A stretch of 64,000 bases of DNA from Octopus vulgaris (GCA_951406725.2 OX597815.1:5208001-5272000); one strand, 5' to 3'. Positions 29,396 to 43,232 are shown, counted from the first letter of the stretch. Made by a program: numbers and translations. The notes: generated by a model not told the origin, from the sequence alone.

Positions 29396-29726
29396 ACAGA
29401 CAGACAGACAGAATAAGAGAGAGATAGGATGTGCGTGTGTGTGTGTTTGAGTGGTTGATTTCTTCAATGAATTCTTAAAGAAATCTCCAACTTCAAAGAG
29501 GTTGAAACCGTTTGGTTTACTTGAGATTTTTAAGCTGAACATTTAAAAACCTTCAGCAACAAGTTTTCTATAAAAGTGTAGTTTTGTATATTCTAAACTA
29601 AATCTTGACATAGATATACCTTACAATGGACTGTATACTACGAAGCTTACGGAAATCTCGTCGTACACCTACCGTTTCACTGACGATCGATTTCAATGCG
29701 TCGTTTTCATTTATATTTTCGATTTT

Positions 29727-29746
29727 CACACACACAAACACACACA

Positions 29747-29780
<34 letters not shown>

Positions 29781-29828
29781 AACACACACACACACGCAAA
29801 CACACACACATGTTTTCAAACACACACA

Positions 29829-29896
<68 letters not shown>

Positions 29897-30099
29897 ACAA
29901 ACACACACAAATATACACACATACAGAGACACACACAAATACACACACATATATATATATAAAATACCAGTTTCTATTGTATCTTTCAGTGTTTGTTGTT
30001 ATTTCAGAGAAAATATAATGTTTTCGTTTAAAGCCTTTTTCTCCGTTTTCGATAATTCAATTCACACTCAAACACACACACACATACACACACACACAG

Positions 30100-30131
<32 letters not shown>

Positions 30132-30430
30132 ACACATACAAAAATGCACACACACACAAATACATAAACACACACACAAATACATACACAAACACACACA
30201 CACAAATACAGACACACACAAACACAGACACACACACACACACACATACACACAAATACATACATATGCACACATACACACACATACAAAGATGCACACA
30301 CACACACACACAAATACATACACACAAACACACAAATACATAAACACACACACAAAGACATACACAAACACACACACAAATACAGACACACAAACACACA
30401 CACACACACATATACATATATATATATATA
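29727..30430. repeat. Degenerate (CA)n-rich tracts
   Basis: Direct reading. Confidence 0.9.
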
Positions 30431-30535
30431 CATAAAGGTAGGTAGGTAATATTCCAAAAGTTATAAGATTGGCAATTCTAAAGCGAAGATCTGCAAACTG
30501 AAGAATTTTCAGTTTCCATTGTTTTCTTTTCACAG

Positions 30536-30613
30536 CTCAGAGGTGCCACAGTGTGATGGAGTTTGGCACAGTTTGGAAGGTGTTATTAAGTGGAGAAATA
30601 TCGGGTAACGGAG
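30536..30613 (+). other. Candidate 78 nt exon
   Basis: Acceptor TTTTCTTTTCACAG, donor GAG|GTACGT; one open frame QRCHSVMEFGTVWKVLLSGEISGNG, not recognised. Confidence 0.35.
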
Positions 30614-30636
30614 GTACGTATTTATGCGTGTAGATG

Positions 30637-30711
<75 letters not shown>

Positions 30712-30769
30712 CATATATATATATATATATGTATATATGATTTATGTCTATATGTAGTTATGGATATAT

Positions 30770-30807
30770 AACTGTCTGATGAACGGCAACGAGAAACTCA
30801 GAGTACA
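30770..30807 (+). ncRNA. Type I hammerhead ribozyme motif, 3' stem I strand damaged
   Basis: AACTGT-CTGATGA-ACG.GCAA.CGA-GAAA-CTC.A.GAG-TA. Confidence 0.65.
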
Positions 30808-30870
30808 TGTACGTATGTACTCTACTGGTATGTGAGTACTCTTTTTCCACCTTGTTTCACATTTATGTGC

Positions 30871-31014
<144 letters not shown>

Positions 31015-31239
31015 TTATGTCTATATGTAGTATGGATATATAAATGTATGTATGATACACACATACATACGTATGTACTTATGTGTGTGGTGCGTGCGTG
31101 CGTATGTATGTATGATTGTATGCCTGTATGTATTTATGATGAATGTATTTATGCACACGAGCATGTATGCATTTATGTATCTGGTTGTGTGTATTAAATA
31201 GGATGCGTACAACACACACAAATAAACCGTTTACACACA

Positions 31240-31281
<42 letters not shown>

Positions 31282-31631
31282 CTCACACACACGCACACAC
31301 ACAGAGAAAACTGATTCGCATATACATACACACATCTAATGGAGCTGATAAATTTTGATTATTGACTGGGGTACGTTACATTCATCATTTGAATTTCATA
31401 AAATAATGATTAAAAATGGTAAATATTAGACAAGCACACACACATACATAATTATGTATTTATGTATATATATATATATATGTGTGTGTGTATGCGTGTG
31501 TGTGTGTGTGTGTGTATGTGAGTGTGTGAGCGTGTGTGTATGTGTAGAAGGTTGAAGAGGAACACACGAGTTGATATATATGGAAAAAAGTCAAGGTAGA
31601 AAATGTTAAAATAATTTTATCCTAAACAACA

Positions 31632-31673
31632 TTACAGTACCGGTTTCGGTCATTAAGACTTTTTCAACTGTAA
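31632..31673 (-). ncRNA. Minimal hammerhead-like motif with variant core
   Basis: Minus strand TTACAG-TTGAAAA-AGTC.TTAAT.GACC-GAAA-CCGG-TA-CTGTAA; perfect 6 bp stem I. Confidence 0.55.
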
Positions 31674-31836
31674 GTATGGAAAACAATTGAATTTTGGAAA
31701 AATTAAAAGGAAAGTTTTTTTAAGAGAATATTTGCATAATATTCAAATACAAGGGGCATTTTCCTTGTTTCTGCCTGTCTCTGCCTCTCTTGTTTACTGT
31801 TGTGGGTTCGAGTTCGTTGTGAATTCTTGGCAAAAA

Positions 31837-32296
31837 AGAAGAAGAAGAAGAAGAAGAAGAAGAAGAAGAAGAAGAAGAAGAAGAAGAAGAAGAAGAAGAA
31901 GAAGAAGGAGGAGGAGGAGAAGAAGAAGGAGGAGGAGGAGGAGGAGGAGAAGAAGAAGAAGAAGGAGGAGGAGGAGGAGGAGGAGAAGGAGAAGAAGAAG
32001 AAGAAGAAGAAGAAGAAGAAGAAGAAGAAGAAGAAGAAGAAGAAGAAGGAGGAGGAGTAGAAGGAGGAGGAGGAGGAGAAGGAGGAGGAGGAGGAGAAGG
32101 GGGAGGAGGAGGAGGAGGAGGAAAAGAAGAAGAAGGAGGAGGAGGAGGAGAAGGAGAAGAAGAAGAAGAAGAAGAAGAAGAAGAAGAAGAAGAAGAAGAA
32201 GAGAAGAAGAAGAAGAAGAAGAAGAAGAAGAAGGAGGAGGAGGACGAGGACGAGGAGGACATGAAGAAGAAGAAGGAGGAGGAGGAGAAGAAGAAA
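31837..32296. repeat. (GAA)n/(GGA)n polypurine tract
   Basis: Direct reading. Confidence 0.95.
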
Positions 32297-32543
32297 AGGA
32301 ATGCGGGAGAGGTATGATAGTAGTAGGATGTTAAATGGTCAAGTATCCTGAAACTGACTTGATTCTTGAGATCTCTCTTTTGAATCTATTGTTTATAATA
32401 TTTGCGTTTCTGTTATTCTAAACAGCAGCAGTAGTAAAGTAAGGAAGGAGGTGGCGGTACTAAAATGTTTGTTGATGATAACATTTTTTTAGAATTTTCT
32501 ACCTTGACATTTTTCCTTACACACACACACACGCACACACACG

Positions 32544-32607
<64 letters not shown>

Positions 32608-32611
32608 TATA

Positions 32612-33105
32612 TTGGGTTGGCAAGAAAATAATTTCGGTTTACGCAAATAGAGTTACGAACTTTTTAAATGACTTTTGTCAAATGTTATGATTTATTCCTT
32701 TTGACATTTGATAGTCGTTACTTTTAACTCACTTAAGAAGTAAATTGCGTGTAATTTTGTTTACAGCTGTTAGTTCAGTGTCAATTTTAACATGGAGTGC
32801 AAAAACGAACAGGTTTCACCATATTTTGCTTTTTTATTTCCGTGAGGGCAAGAAAACTGCAGAGGCTCACAAAGAGATATGTGAAGTTTATGGTGTTGAT
32901 TGCTTAACAGGACGCACGTGTCAGAAATGGTTTTTTAAAATTCTGGAGATTTTTCGTTCAAAGACGACCAACCTTCTGAAGTTAATGATGACCGAATCAA
33001 AGCCATAATTGAATCTGATTGTCTTATAACTGTGCGAGAGAATGCAGAGAGGTTAAGTGTATCACACACATGTGAAAATTCCTTAAAATGTCTTGGACTC
33101 GTAAG
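32612..33105 (+). mobile_element. mariner 5' remnant
   Basis: TA+TTGGGTTGGCAA terminus; HILLFYFREGKKTAEAHKEICEVYG..RTCQKWF helix-turn-helix. Confidence 0.8.
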
Positions 33106-33151
33106 GACATATATACATAAAAGATTTTTTCCTTATATATCATAGGATACA

Positions 33152-33205
<54 letters not shown>

Positions 33206-33239
33206 TAACTATATGTGCACGCGAGCGTCTGTGAATATA

Positions 33240-33440
33240 TTCTTTTACCTATTTCAGTCATCTGAGTGCGGTCATGCTGGAGCACTGCCTTTAGTCGAAC
33301 GAATCGACCCCAGGATTTAGTCTCTGTAAGGCTAGTACTTATTCTATCGGGCCCTTTTGCCGAACCGCTAGGTTACGGAAACGTTAGCACACCAACATCA
33401 GTCGTCAAGCGATGGTGGGGTACGAACACAGAAACACAAA
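33240..33440 (-). mobile_element. SINE family A, 3' half
   Basis: Tail and body match family A. Confidence 0.8.
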
Positions 33441-33557
33441 TACATACATACATACATACATACATCATACATACATCATACATACATACATCATACATAC
33501 ATACATACATACATACATACATACATACATACATACATACATACATACATACATACA

Positions 33558-33593
<36 letters not shown>

Positions 33594-33844
33594 TATAGAA
33601 TGAATAAAATAGATGGAAAAAATTTTTATTTAGTACGACACATGTTTCAACCCAAGGGAAAAGCACATGCAGCTGTGGTGATACGAAATCCCACCATCCT
33701 GTATAAAAGTACAAAATCACGGTGGTGCTCCAGCATGACAGCAGCCGCTGCATGACTGAAACGAATAATATGTATATATATATATGACGCCATGATAGAT
33801 CGTAGCCACTACACATTTCTTTTCTCTCCTTGTTTTTTTTCTGT

Positions 33845-33886
33845 GTCCTTTTCTTTAGAAGATCGTAGGCTCGAAACGTAAAAGAC
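33845..33886 (+). ncRNA. Degenerate minimal hammerhead motif
   Basis: CTTTT-CTTTAGA-AGATC.GTAG.GCTC-GAAACGTA-AAAG; downstream flank resembles that of 45783. Confidence 0.45.
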
Positions 33887-33971
33887 TTTCTCTATTCCTG
33901 AGCGTAATACTAATACATCTGTTTGTTTTGTACACCACCTGTCTTCGTCTTTTGTTTTTTTCGTAAACTCT

Positions 33972-34013
<42 letters not shown>

Positions 34014-34015
<2 letters not shown>

Positions 34016-34352
34016 GAGATCCCCTTCGGTCACGAATGACCAAGGGATTGTACCTAGAAACTTACCCTTCGAAGCAAAAGTCCGGGCAAGGTTGTTTACA
34101 GAAGACCATCAGTCGCCCATGCATACCGGCGTCCCATCTCCACGCCACCAGTGTTATCCAAGGGAAAGGCTAAGGGGCCGATGCAGTTTGGTACCAGTCA
34201 CGTCGCAACTCATTTCTACAGCTGAGTGAACTGGAGCAACGTGAAATAAAGTGTTTTGCTCAAGAATACAACACGCAGCCCGGTCCGGGATTCGAACTTA
34301 CAACCTCACGGTCGTATGTTCGACGCTCTGACCACTGAGCCATGCACCTTCA
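34014..34352 (-). mobile_element. SINE family C
   Basis: Homologous to 3144-3471. Confidence 0.88.
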
Positions 34353-34379
34353 CACACACACACATATGTACATATACCA

Positions 34380-34533
34380 TGATAAGCACATAAATGTGAA
34401 ACAAGGTAGAGTAAAATAGTACTCAAGTACCGGATGTAGAGTAATATGCTTTATTAATGAAACTGCAAAAACATCACAAAAACTGTTACTCCAAGTAACA
34501 ATTTTTGTGAATTTTTACAGCTTCATTAATAAA

Positions 34534-34539
<6 letters not shown>
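34380..34539. mobile_element. Penelope-like pLTR remnant forming an inverted repeat
   Basis: Arms 34445-34490 and 34494-34539; homologous to the 30770-30870 family. Confidence 0.6.
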
Positions 34540-34617
<78 letters not shown>

Positions 34618-35999
34618 TGTGTGTGTGTGTGTTTGTGTTTGTATGTGTGTGTGTATTTACATACCCACATACGTAATACATCCACACACACACACATACA
34701 TATATACACACGCATACATACATGCATACACACACATGCTCTCACGTATATACGCACACACATACATCTGCTTTGACGTCAAAGTGTAGAACACTTAAAT
34801 CCCACTTGTTCAAATGAAATATTTCAACATTCACATTATTAAACATTTATTTTATTATTTTGGCTACAGTTCCACTTCTGGTTTTTAATTGGTTTTGTCT
34901 GATTTTTGAGCTGTTTGCTTTTCTACACATTGATGCAAAAAAGATCAAATACTAATCACGTATATTTCCTGTTCTCATATAAAATAACATCATATAATAG
35001 GTTTATAATTTTTATTATAACTTTTAAGTTATCTCAACAGAATTTCTCGAGAATTTATTGGCAGCGTTGAAAGTTAGGACTTTTCATATACAAATACATC
35101 TATGTAAATAATGCGATCGAAGATAGAAAAATAGGTAATCGGTGTATGTGCATATTTCAAGAGTTATTGCGCTTTCATCAGTCCCACATCCAACGAATTA
35201 ATCATCCACGAACACATTGCTTAAATACCCACAAAGTTTAGCGGTGTAGCACTAGTGGATCGATCACTTTTACATATTAAACCCATTCATGACAACAGAT
35301 ACATAAATATTATTTACTGGTAGAAACATCATATTTGGTTTTACAACCATAATGTAACACCAAGTATATTAAAGATTTATATGTCGATACTATATCCTAT
35401 TTTTGTGATAGCAGTGCGATTTTTATGTTTCTACACCAATTTTGAATATGGTTCTATGCCGAACTAAAATATTCTCCAGTCTGAAAATTGCTATTTTTAA
35501 ATTTCACAATGTGAGATATTCAGCAACAGTACTTTGGAGTAAAGATTGTTTGCCAACATAACATGGCAATCCTACTTTAGGACGTGTGTTGCTGTAATTC
35601 AGCCCCAGGAGACATCGCCTCCAGCCTGCTATACGACACGATCTGTGTCCTTATATTTTCGAACAAGGGAATCTAGCACCCCCACTCAGCTCAAAACAAT
35701 ATCTGTGCATCACGATTTCCGAGTTATTTCTCTTCATCATTATTACAAAATTAATTCACAGGTAAAACGACGTGAAGTGAAATGCTGTTGTCTCTGGAAT
35801 GCATTTCCATCGCCGTAATCGACTTCGCTGGACGTTGTCAGTCCTTCAACGGCTCGGTTATGAGAGAAACTGAGTGCCTACAACTTACAGCGGGGTCTTC
35901 GAGATTGGTGACAGACAAGGGAGGTGTTGAGAGCTGCAGCGGAAACCCACCCTGAATGTTTGCAAGAGAGAGAGATCCGATAAACAACCAGGTACTGAG

Positions 36000-36320
36000 G
36001 CACTTCCAATGTACTTTATACAAATTTGTACTTTTAATGTACTCATACAAGTATGCACTTCCGTTGTACTTCATATAAGTATGTGCTTCTAATGTCTTTC
36101 AAACAAATATTTACTCTAATGTACTTCATATAATATGTACTCTTAATGTACTTTATACAAATACGTACTTCAAGTGTGTTTCATAAAAATATGTACTTAT
36201 AATGTACTTTGTACAAATATGTATTTCTAACGTACTTCATATAAATATGTACTTCCAATGTATATCAGACAATTATGTACTTCTAATGTACTTCATACAA
36301 ATGTGCATGTCTAGTGTACC
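36000..36320. repeat. ~28 bp degenerate minisatellite, ~11 copies
   Basis: Consensus approx. AATGTACTTCATACAAATATGTACTTCT. Confidence 0.85.
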
Positions 36321-36396
36321 AATATTTATGTCTAGAATATGAGTTTATTCAATGGAAACCTTCCCAAAGTTGGGTACTTTTAAATAGGAACTGAAA

Positions 36397-36815
36397 TAGG
36401 CGCATGAGTGGCTGTGTGGTAAGTAGCTTGCTAACCAACCACATGGTTCCGGGTTCAGTCCCACTGCGTGGCACCTTGGGTAAGTGTCTTCTGCTATAGC
36501 CTCGGGTCGACCAAAGCCTTGTGAGTGGATTTGGTAGACGGAAACTGAAAGGAGCCCGTCGTATATATGTATATATATATATGCGTGTGTGTGTTTGTGT
36601 GTCTGTGTTTGTCCCCCTAGCATTGCTTGACAACCGATGCTGGTGTGCTTATGTCCCCGTTGCTTAGCGGTTCGGCCAAAGAGACCGATGGAATAAGTAC
36701 TGGGCTTACAAAAAAAATAAGTCCCGGGGTCGAGTTGCTCGATTAAAGGCGGTGCTCCAGCATGGCCGCAGTCAAAATTACTGAAACAAGTAAAAGAATA
36801 AAAGAATAAAAGAAT
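36397..36815 (+). mobile_element. SINE family A, full length
   Basis: Complete match to family A. Confidence 0.92.
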
Positions 36816-37067
36816 ATAAATAATGCCTGATACATCAGAACTTAGAGATTTCAAAACAATGTAATTTTGTAAATCATTAGCCACCGTCAGTAAATCACCA
36901 ATATTCTTAATTAGCCAACTTTCTAAATTCCTTCCCTACATTTTGCATGATGTTTCCAGCAGACGGGGGAAAGCCAAATAACTACAAATTCCAGAAATCA
37001 TATTGAAATCATTAATTCTTCTTTGAAGATATTGTCCAAATATATTTTAAAATATTGGAAATTCTTC

Positions 37068-37117
<50 letters not shown>

Positions 37118-37201
37118 GGTTTTCCATTTGAAGTTCAACTTATTTCACCAGACTCATCATTAACATCTAGAATGTGAGAAAAAAATGTTTGTTCTTTGTG
37201 T

Positions 37202-37278
<77 letters not shown>

Positions 37279-37995
37279 ACGTTGAACGACCCAGGAATCT
37301 AATTACATTTTATACAAATTTATAGCAATCATCACGGCAAGTCTGTATTTGATTATATTTTTTGCCTTGTAGTATAATATTCAATTCTTATAGCTTTGTT
37401 GTAATATTTGCTACAGTGTTAATTTTTGAAGCCATTCCTTGTCTTCAAGAAAGGTTACGTTTTTATAGCAATTAAGAGATTAACACACTTTACCGGCCAA
37501 GTAAACAGATAAACAATTACAAAATACTTTGTTGAATAAATCATGTTACAGGGGTCAATCTCCTTGTTTTAAACATGGGGAATATTCTTTAAATTGAATT
37601 ACTGATGTTTCTAATTAATCATTATGTAACAGCAAGAACCAAAATGATTTATTACGCGTTTAGCAGATATCGGTATGCACCAACAAACAGTAAGAACCAT
37701 CACTCTTGTTCAGATTGATTAATCCGAGGCTGGTTGTGACTGGAGAGGCAAAACCAAGTCAAAACATCACGATGTCTCGAAGGATTCTTTACGTTAATGT
37801 ATCGAGTGCTCCGGGTAGACACACCATCTAAAAGGAGAAGACGTTCTCCGATGAATAAAACACAACATCGGTCTGTAAATGCAGTTCCAGATCTGCTGAA
37901 ACGTATTACGAAAGGATAAATACATCCTTGTTGTGCTGTTTCCAGTTGTCTGAATAAAAGATAGGAACTAAATTTGGGCTGTTTGTTTCTCTCGT

Positions 37996-38402
37996 TACTC
38001 TTTTACTCTTTTTACTTGTTTCAGTCATTTGACTGCGGCCATGCTGGAGCACCGCCTTTAATCGAGCAACTCGACCCCGGGACTTATTCTTTTTGTAAGC
38101 CCAGTACTTATTCTATCGGTCTCTTTTGCCGAACCGCTAAGTAACGGGGACATAAACACACCAGCATCGGTTGTCAAGCAATGCTAGGGGGGGACAAACA
38201 GACACACACACGCATATATATATATATATACATATATACGACGGGTTTCTTTCAGTTTCCGTCTACCAAATTCACTCACAAGGCTTTGGTCGGCCCGAGG
38301 TTATAGTAGAAGACACTTGCCCAAGGTGCCACGCAGTGGGACTGAACCCGGAACCATGCGGTTGGTAAACAAGCTACTTACCACACAGCCACTCCTGCGC
38401 CT
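37996..38402 (-). mobile_element. SINE family A, full length
   Basis: Complete match to family A. Confidence 0.92.
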
Positions 38403-39166
38403 GTTCACAGTTCTAGTTTTTTTTACTTTTCTGTCAAGCAGAAATTTTCAATATTTCGCTTTTGTATTTGGTTTGGCGACTTGATGTAAGATCTTGTGTT
38501 GAAACAGGTTTTTTTGTATCTCGGGACGGTCGTTATGCCAAACATAAGCACACACGCTGGTTTTTTTTCACCTCTTTTCTATTCATCAAATCAACTGACT
38601 AAACTGTCTGTAATTGGAGTTTTTAGGTTCTCTATTTATGTAGTTGTATGAATGTGTGTGCGAGAGAGAGAGAGAAAGAAGAGAGAGATGAATAGGGGAG
38701 AGGGGGAGAGAGATGAAAGAGAAAGAAAGAGAGAAAAATGTGAAGCTGGTTTTGAGTAAAGAGGATATGTCACCGAAAAGTCGCAAAGGGGACGAAAGGT
38801 CTTTGACAAATATAAGCGGTTGATCGATTAATCGAATGATAAATAAAGCATTTGATTAGCTAATTCGTCAAATAGTTAACCACTTGACAAATGATACAGA
38901 AGTGAAATGTAATCAGTGCGTGTGCTTATTATTTCATTGGAGAACCACCACCAATATCCGTAAAGGCAAAGGAAGAATTATCGACTGAACAAGAAATGAA
39001 ATCATCACCAACTGAAGCTATTCATAAGATATTGATACACCGTCGATTATAAAGCCACTGCTCCTGGCTGTATTCACAAAACAATCATAACTGGGGAAAA
39101 AAGGGAAGATTTTGTAGGCCTGGCTTAGGGAGCTGGAAACCCTAATTCAGGACGTGCATACATCCT

Positions 39167-39952
39167 CTATTTCTTTACTACCCACAAGGGGCTAAACACA
39201 GAGAGGACAAACAAGGACAGACAAACGGGTTAAGTCGATTATATCGACACCAGTGCGTAACTGGTACTTATTTAATTGACCCCCGAAAGGATGAAAGGCA
39301 AAGTCGACCTCGGCGGAATTTGAACTCAGAACGTAACGGCAGACGAAATACCTATTTCTTTACTACCCACCAAGGGGCTAAACACAGAGAGGACAAACAA
39401 GGACAGACAAACGGGTTAAGTCGATTATATCTACACCAGTGCTTAACTGGTACTTATTTAATTGACCCCGAAAGGATGAAAGGCAAAGTCGACCTCGGCG
39501 GAATTTGAACTCAGAACGTAACGGCAGACGAAATACCTATTTCTTTACTACCCACCAAGGGGCTAAACACAGAGAGGACAAACAAGGACAGACAAACGGG
39601 TTAAGTCGATTATATCGACCCCAGTGCGTAACTGGTACTTATTTAATTGACCCCCGAAAGGATGAAAGGCAAAGTCGACCTCGGCGGAATTTGAACTCAG
39701 AACGTAACGGCAGACGAAATACCTATTTCTTTACTACCCACCAAGGGGCTAAACACAGAGAGGACAAACAAGGACAGACAAACGGGTTAAGTCGATTATA
39801 TCTACACCAGTGCTTAACTGGTACTTATTTAATTGACCCCCGAAAGGATGAAAGGCAAAGTCGACCTCGGCGGAATTTGAACTCACAACGTAACGGCAGA
39901 CGAAATACCGCTAAGCATTTCACCCGACGTGCTAACGTTTCTGCCATCTCGC
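39167..39952 (-). mobile_element. SINE family B with four tandem ~185 bp body+tail units
   Basis: Units begin at 39167, 39352, 39537 and 39723; single head at ~39905-39952. Confidence 0.92.
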
Positions 39953-40090
39953 ATACACCCTCGTATCTATGTTACGGCTTGAGGTGTTACCGTATTGACT
40001 CGTATATAAGTCGCACGGTTTATGCACGAGTAAATATGGCGTCTGTGCATGTGTATGTCTGTGTGTCATTATATGTACATACTTACATAA

Positions 40091-40480
40091 GTGGAGGTGC
40101 AATGGTCCAGTGGTTAGGGCAGCGGACTCGCGGTCGTAGGATCGCGGTTTCGATTCCCAGACCGGGCGTTGTGAGTGTTTATTGAGCGAAAACACCTAAA
40201 AAGCTTCACGAGGCTCCTGCAGGGGATGGTGGTGATCCCTGCTGTACTCTTTCACCACAACTTTCTCTCACTCTTACTTCCTGTTTCTGTTGTACCTGTA
40301 TTTCAAGGGGCCGGCCTTGTCACTCTCTGTGTCACGCTGAATATCCCCGAGAACTGCGTTAAGGGTACACGTGTCTGTGGAGTGCTCAGCCACTTGCACG
40401 TTAACTTCACGAGCAGGCTGTTCCGTTGATCGGATCAACCGGAACCCTCGTCGTCGTAACCGACGGAGTGCTTCCATATC
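40091..40480 (+). mobile_element. SINE family D
   Basis: tRNA-like head; 13 bp TSD CATACTTACATAA at 40078-40090 and 40481-40493. Confidence 0.92.
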
Positions 40481-41180
40481 CATACTTACATAAACACAAA
40501 TATACACCTGTGTGTGTATGTATGTATGTGTGTGTATGTATGTGTGTGTGTGTGGTATTTACTCACGCATAAATTACGCTATTTTAACTCGAGTTTAACT
40601 GAAAAAACTAGGGTGCCACTTATACATGAACGCATCTTATACTGAGGTAAACATAGTCACTTTATTGGTAAGGAACACAGCAGAGGGCCCCAGAGTTGAT
40701 TGGCGGAACACGAACTCTCGAAGTTTCAGCCGATAAGTTACAAAAGCACCCCACTAGAATTCAGGCAGTAAACATCGATAATCCAGATAGTAAGATTAAT
40801 ATAAGAGAGGCAATAAGCCGAGATGTAACAGAAATGCAATCGAAGCGATTAAAAGATCAACGCAGTCCAAGTTAAAGACGACCAAACGCTCAGCCACATC
40901 GATGAAATATAATCCTCGACGGTGTTATTCAAATCACATCGTTCATAAATATAAAAGTTTTGACAATTAAACGGTCTCGGCGCAGGTAAGAACCGGAATA
41001 ACTCATAAAACGACCATCAACGTAATCAGAGGATATGGCGACCTGTTACACTGGCCAGAGAGCCTGCGGTGGCCATCGTCGGTAAGACCTTCCATATACA
41101 TATATCTATATATACACACATACACACGTGCACATACGTATACACACGCATATATGTGTATGTGCATATCTATCTATCAA

Positions 41181-41225
<45 letters not shown>

Positions 41226-41361
41226 CCCTCTCTTTATATATATATAAATATGTACGTATGTATGTATATATGTGTGTGTATATATATTTATGTGTGTATA
41301 TATATATATGTGTTTCATGTGAGTGTGTTTGTGTGTGTATATGTGTATGTATATATATATG

Positions 41362-41443
<82 letters not shown>

Positions 41444-41576
41444 GCCGAAGCTTAGCTATATACGTCACAAATCAATCAACCAATCACATTACAGCAGCTT
41501 ATGCGTTGGTTTCTAAGACGTGGGCTTTTCACTTGCGGGGCAGTTTGTTTGCTTTTTTAAAATATGTAGTAGTAGC

Positions 41577-41647
<71 letters not shown>

Positions 41648-42277
41648 AAGAAGAAGAAGAAGAAGAAGAAGAAGAAGAAGAAGAAGAAGAAGAAGAAGAA
41701 GAAGAAGAAGAAATAAAGCGATCGGGAATGAAAGTAGAACCTGAAGATGATAAGAAATTGCAAAAAAATGAAAGTGAAGAAAATATTTGTTATGGAACTA
41801 TTCTGAAAAATATCAGTTTTTATTTTAAAGTTCATCGCTAAATTCTTCAAATATTTGACAGAAAAGAAACAGGTGTAGCTGTGTGGTTAAGCAACTCGCT
41901 TTGCTACCTGTGGTTTTGGTTTCAGGCTCTTTACGAAGCAGCTTGGTTGAATGTCTCCTACTCTAGCTCCGGGGTGACGAACGCTTCCATGACTGAATTT
42001 GATAGGCAGAAACTGTGCGGAAGCCCGTCGTATACACACACACATATAAATGAGTAAATAGATTCAAGAAGAAGGAGTAGTTAGACAGCTATTTAATAAA
42101 CACTACACATGTTTCGATACAACATAGGTCCACATATATACAGAATTTAAATTTAAATTAAGCGACGGTTTACCTGTATAATAGGACCCAGTTGTATCTC
42201 CCCAGGTAATAATCGCTGTCCTCGTTAGTAAATCTTTGACTTTGAAGCTATTACATCCAACTATATATATATATACA

Positions 42278-42697
42278 CAGACATGGAAGATCCTGGAAGG
42301 AATTGTGCCAAATTTTGGCATTGGAAGCTACACCAATGCCAGTACGGGACGACACTGCATAGTGCCAAAGGTCCCAGCAATGCCATTACGCTTCAGGACT
42401 AGTTACTGCAACACCCTGGGTTTCAAGGGCCCACAGCTTTTTAATATTCTCCCAAAGAGCCTGAGGAACTTGCACAAAGTAGATGTAGGATTTTTTTAAT
42501 CAAAGCTGGACCTCTTCCTGTCGAGAGTCCCAGATGAACCTACCTCACAGCAAGAGGTGCAAATGAGGGTAGCTATATCAAACTCCATGCTTTACCAAGT
42601 GCCACATATTAGAGGAGGCTCTTAGTAATAACAGTGTCGCAAAACGGCGGTGCATCAGCATGGCCACAGCTCTGAGCTGAAACTAGAGGGAAAAAAA
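42278..42697 (+). mobile_element. 3' end of a CR1-group LINE
   Basis: TWKILEGIVPN..GRHC..GPQLFNILPKSLRN..KLDLFLSRVPDEP, short 3' UTR, A-rich end. Confidence 0.8.
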
Positions 42698-42960
42698 TAT
42701 ATATATTATTGTGCCTGGGGAGTCATTCTCTTTTAACTGAAAACAACTATGGAAAATGTTGCAAAACGCAACGAAAATGTTAGAAAAACTAAATAAATGA
42801 GTGGAAATCGAACCGGTGAGTGTGTTAAATAATAAGTTACTAAAAGTGAATGACCCTCCCCAGACAGAATAAAATATGCTTCAACACACAAATTCACATA
42901 AAGAATCTTGCAAACCAACTACAAAAACGAAATATATGTGTGTGTGTGTGTATGTATATA

Positions 42961-43177
42961 TTACTCTTTTTACTCTTTTACTTGTTTCAGTTATTTGACT
43001 GCGGCCATGCTGGAGCACCGCCTTTAGTCGAGCAAATCGACCCCGGGACTTATTCTTTGTAAGCCCAGTACTTATTCTATCGGTCTCTTTTGCCGAACCG
43101 CTAAGTTACGGGGACGTAAACACACCAGCATCGGTTGTCAAGCAATGCTAGGGGGACAAACACAGACACACAAACAT

Positions 43178-43232
<55 letters not shown>

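Noticed and set aside
39167-39952. Retrozyme (tandem hammerhead repeat)
   Set aside because: No CUGANGA core on either strand of the unit; it is a SINE body
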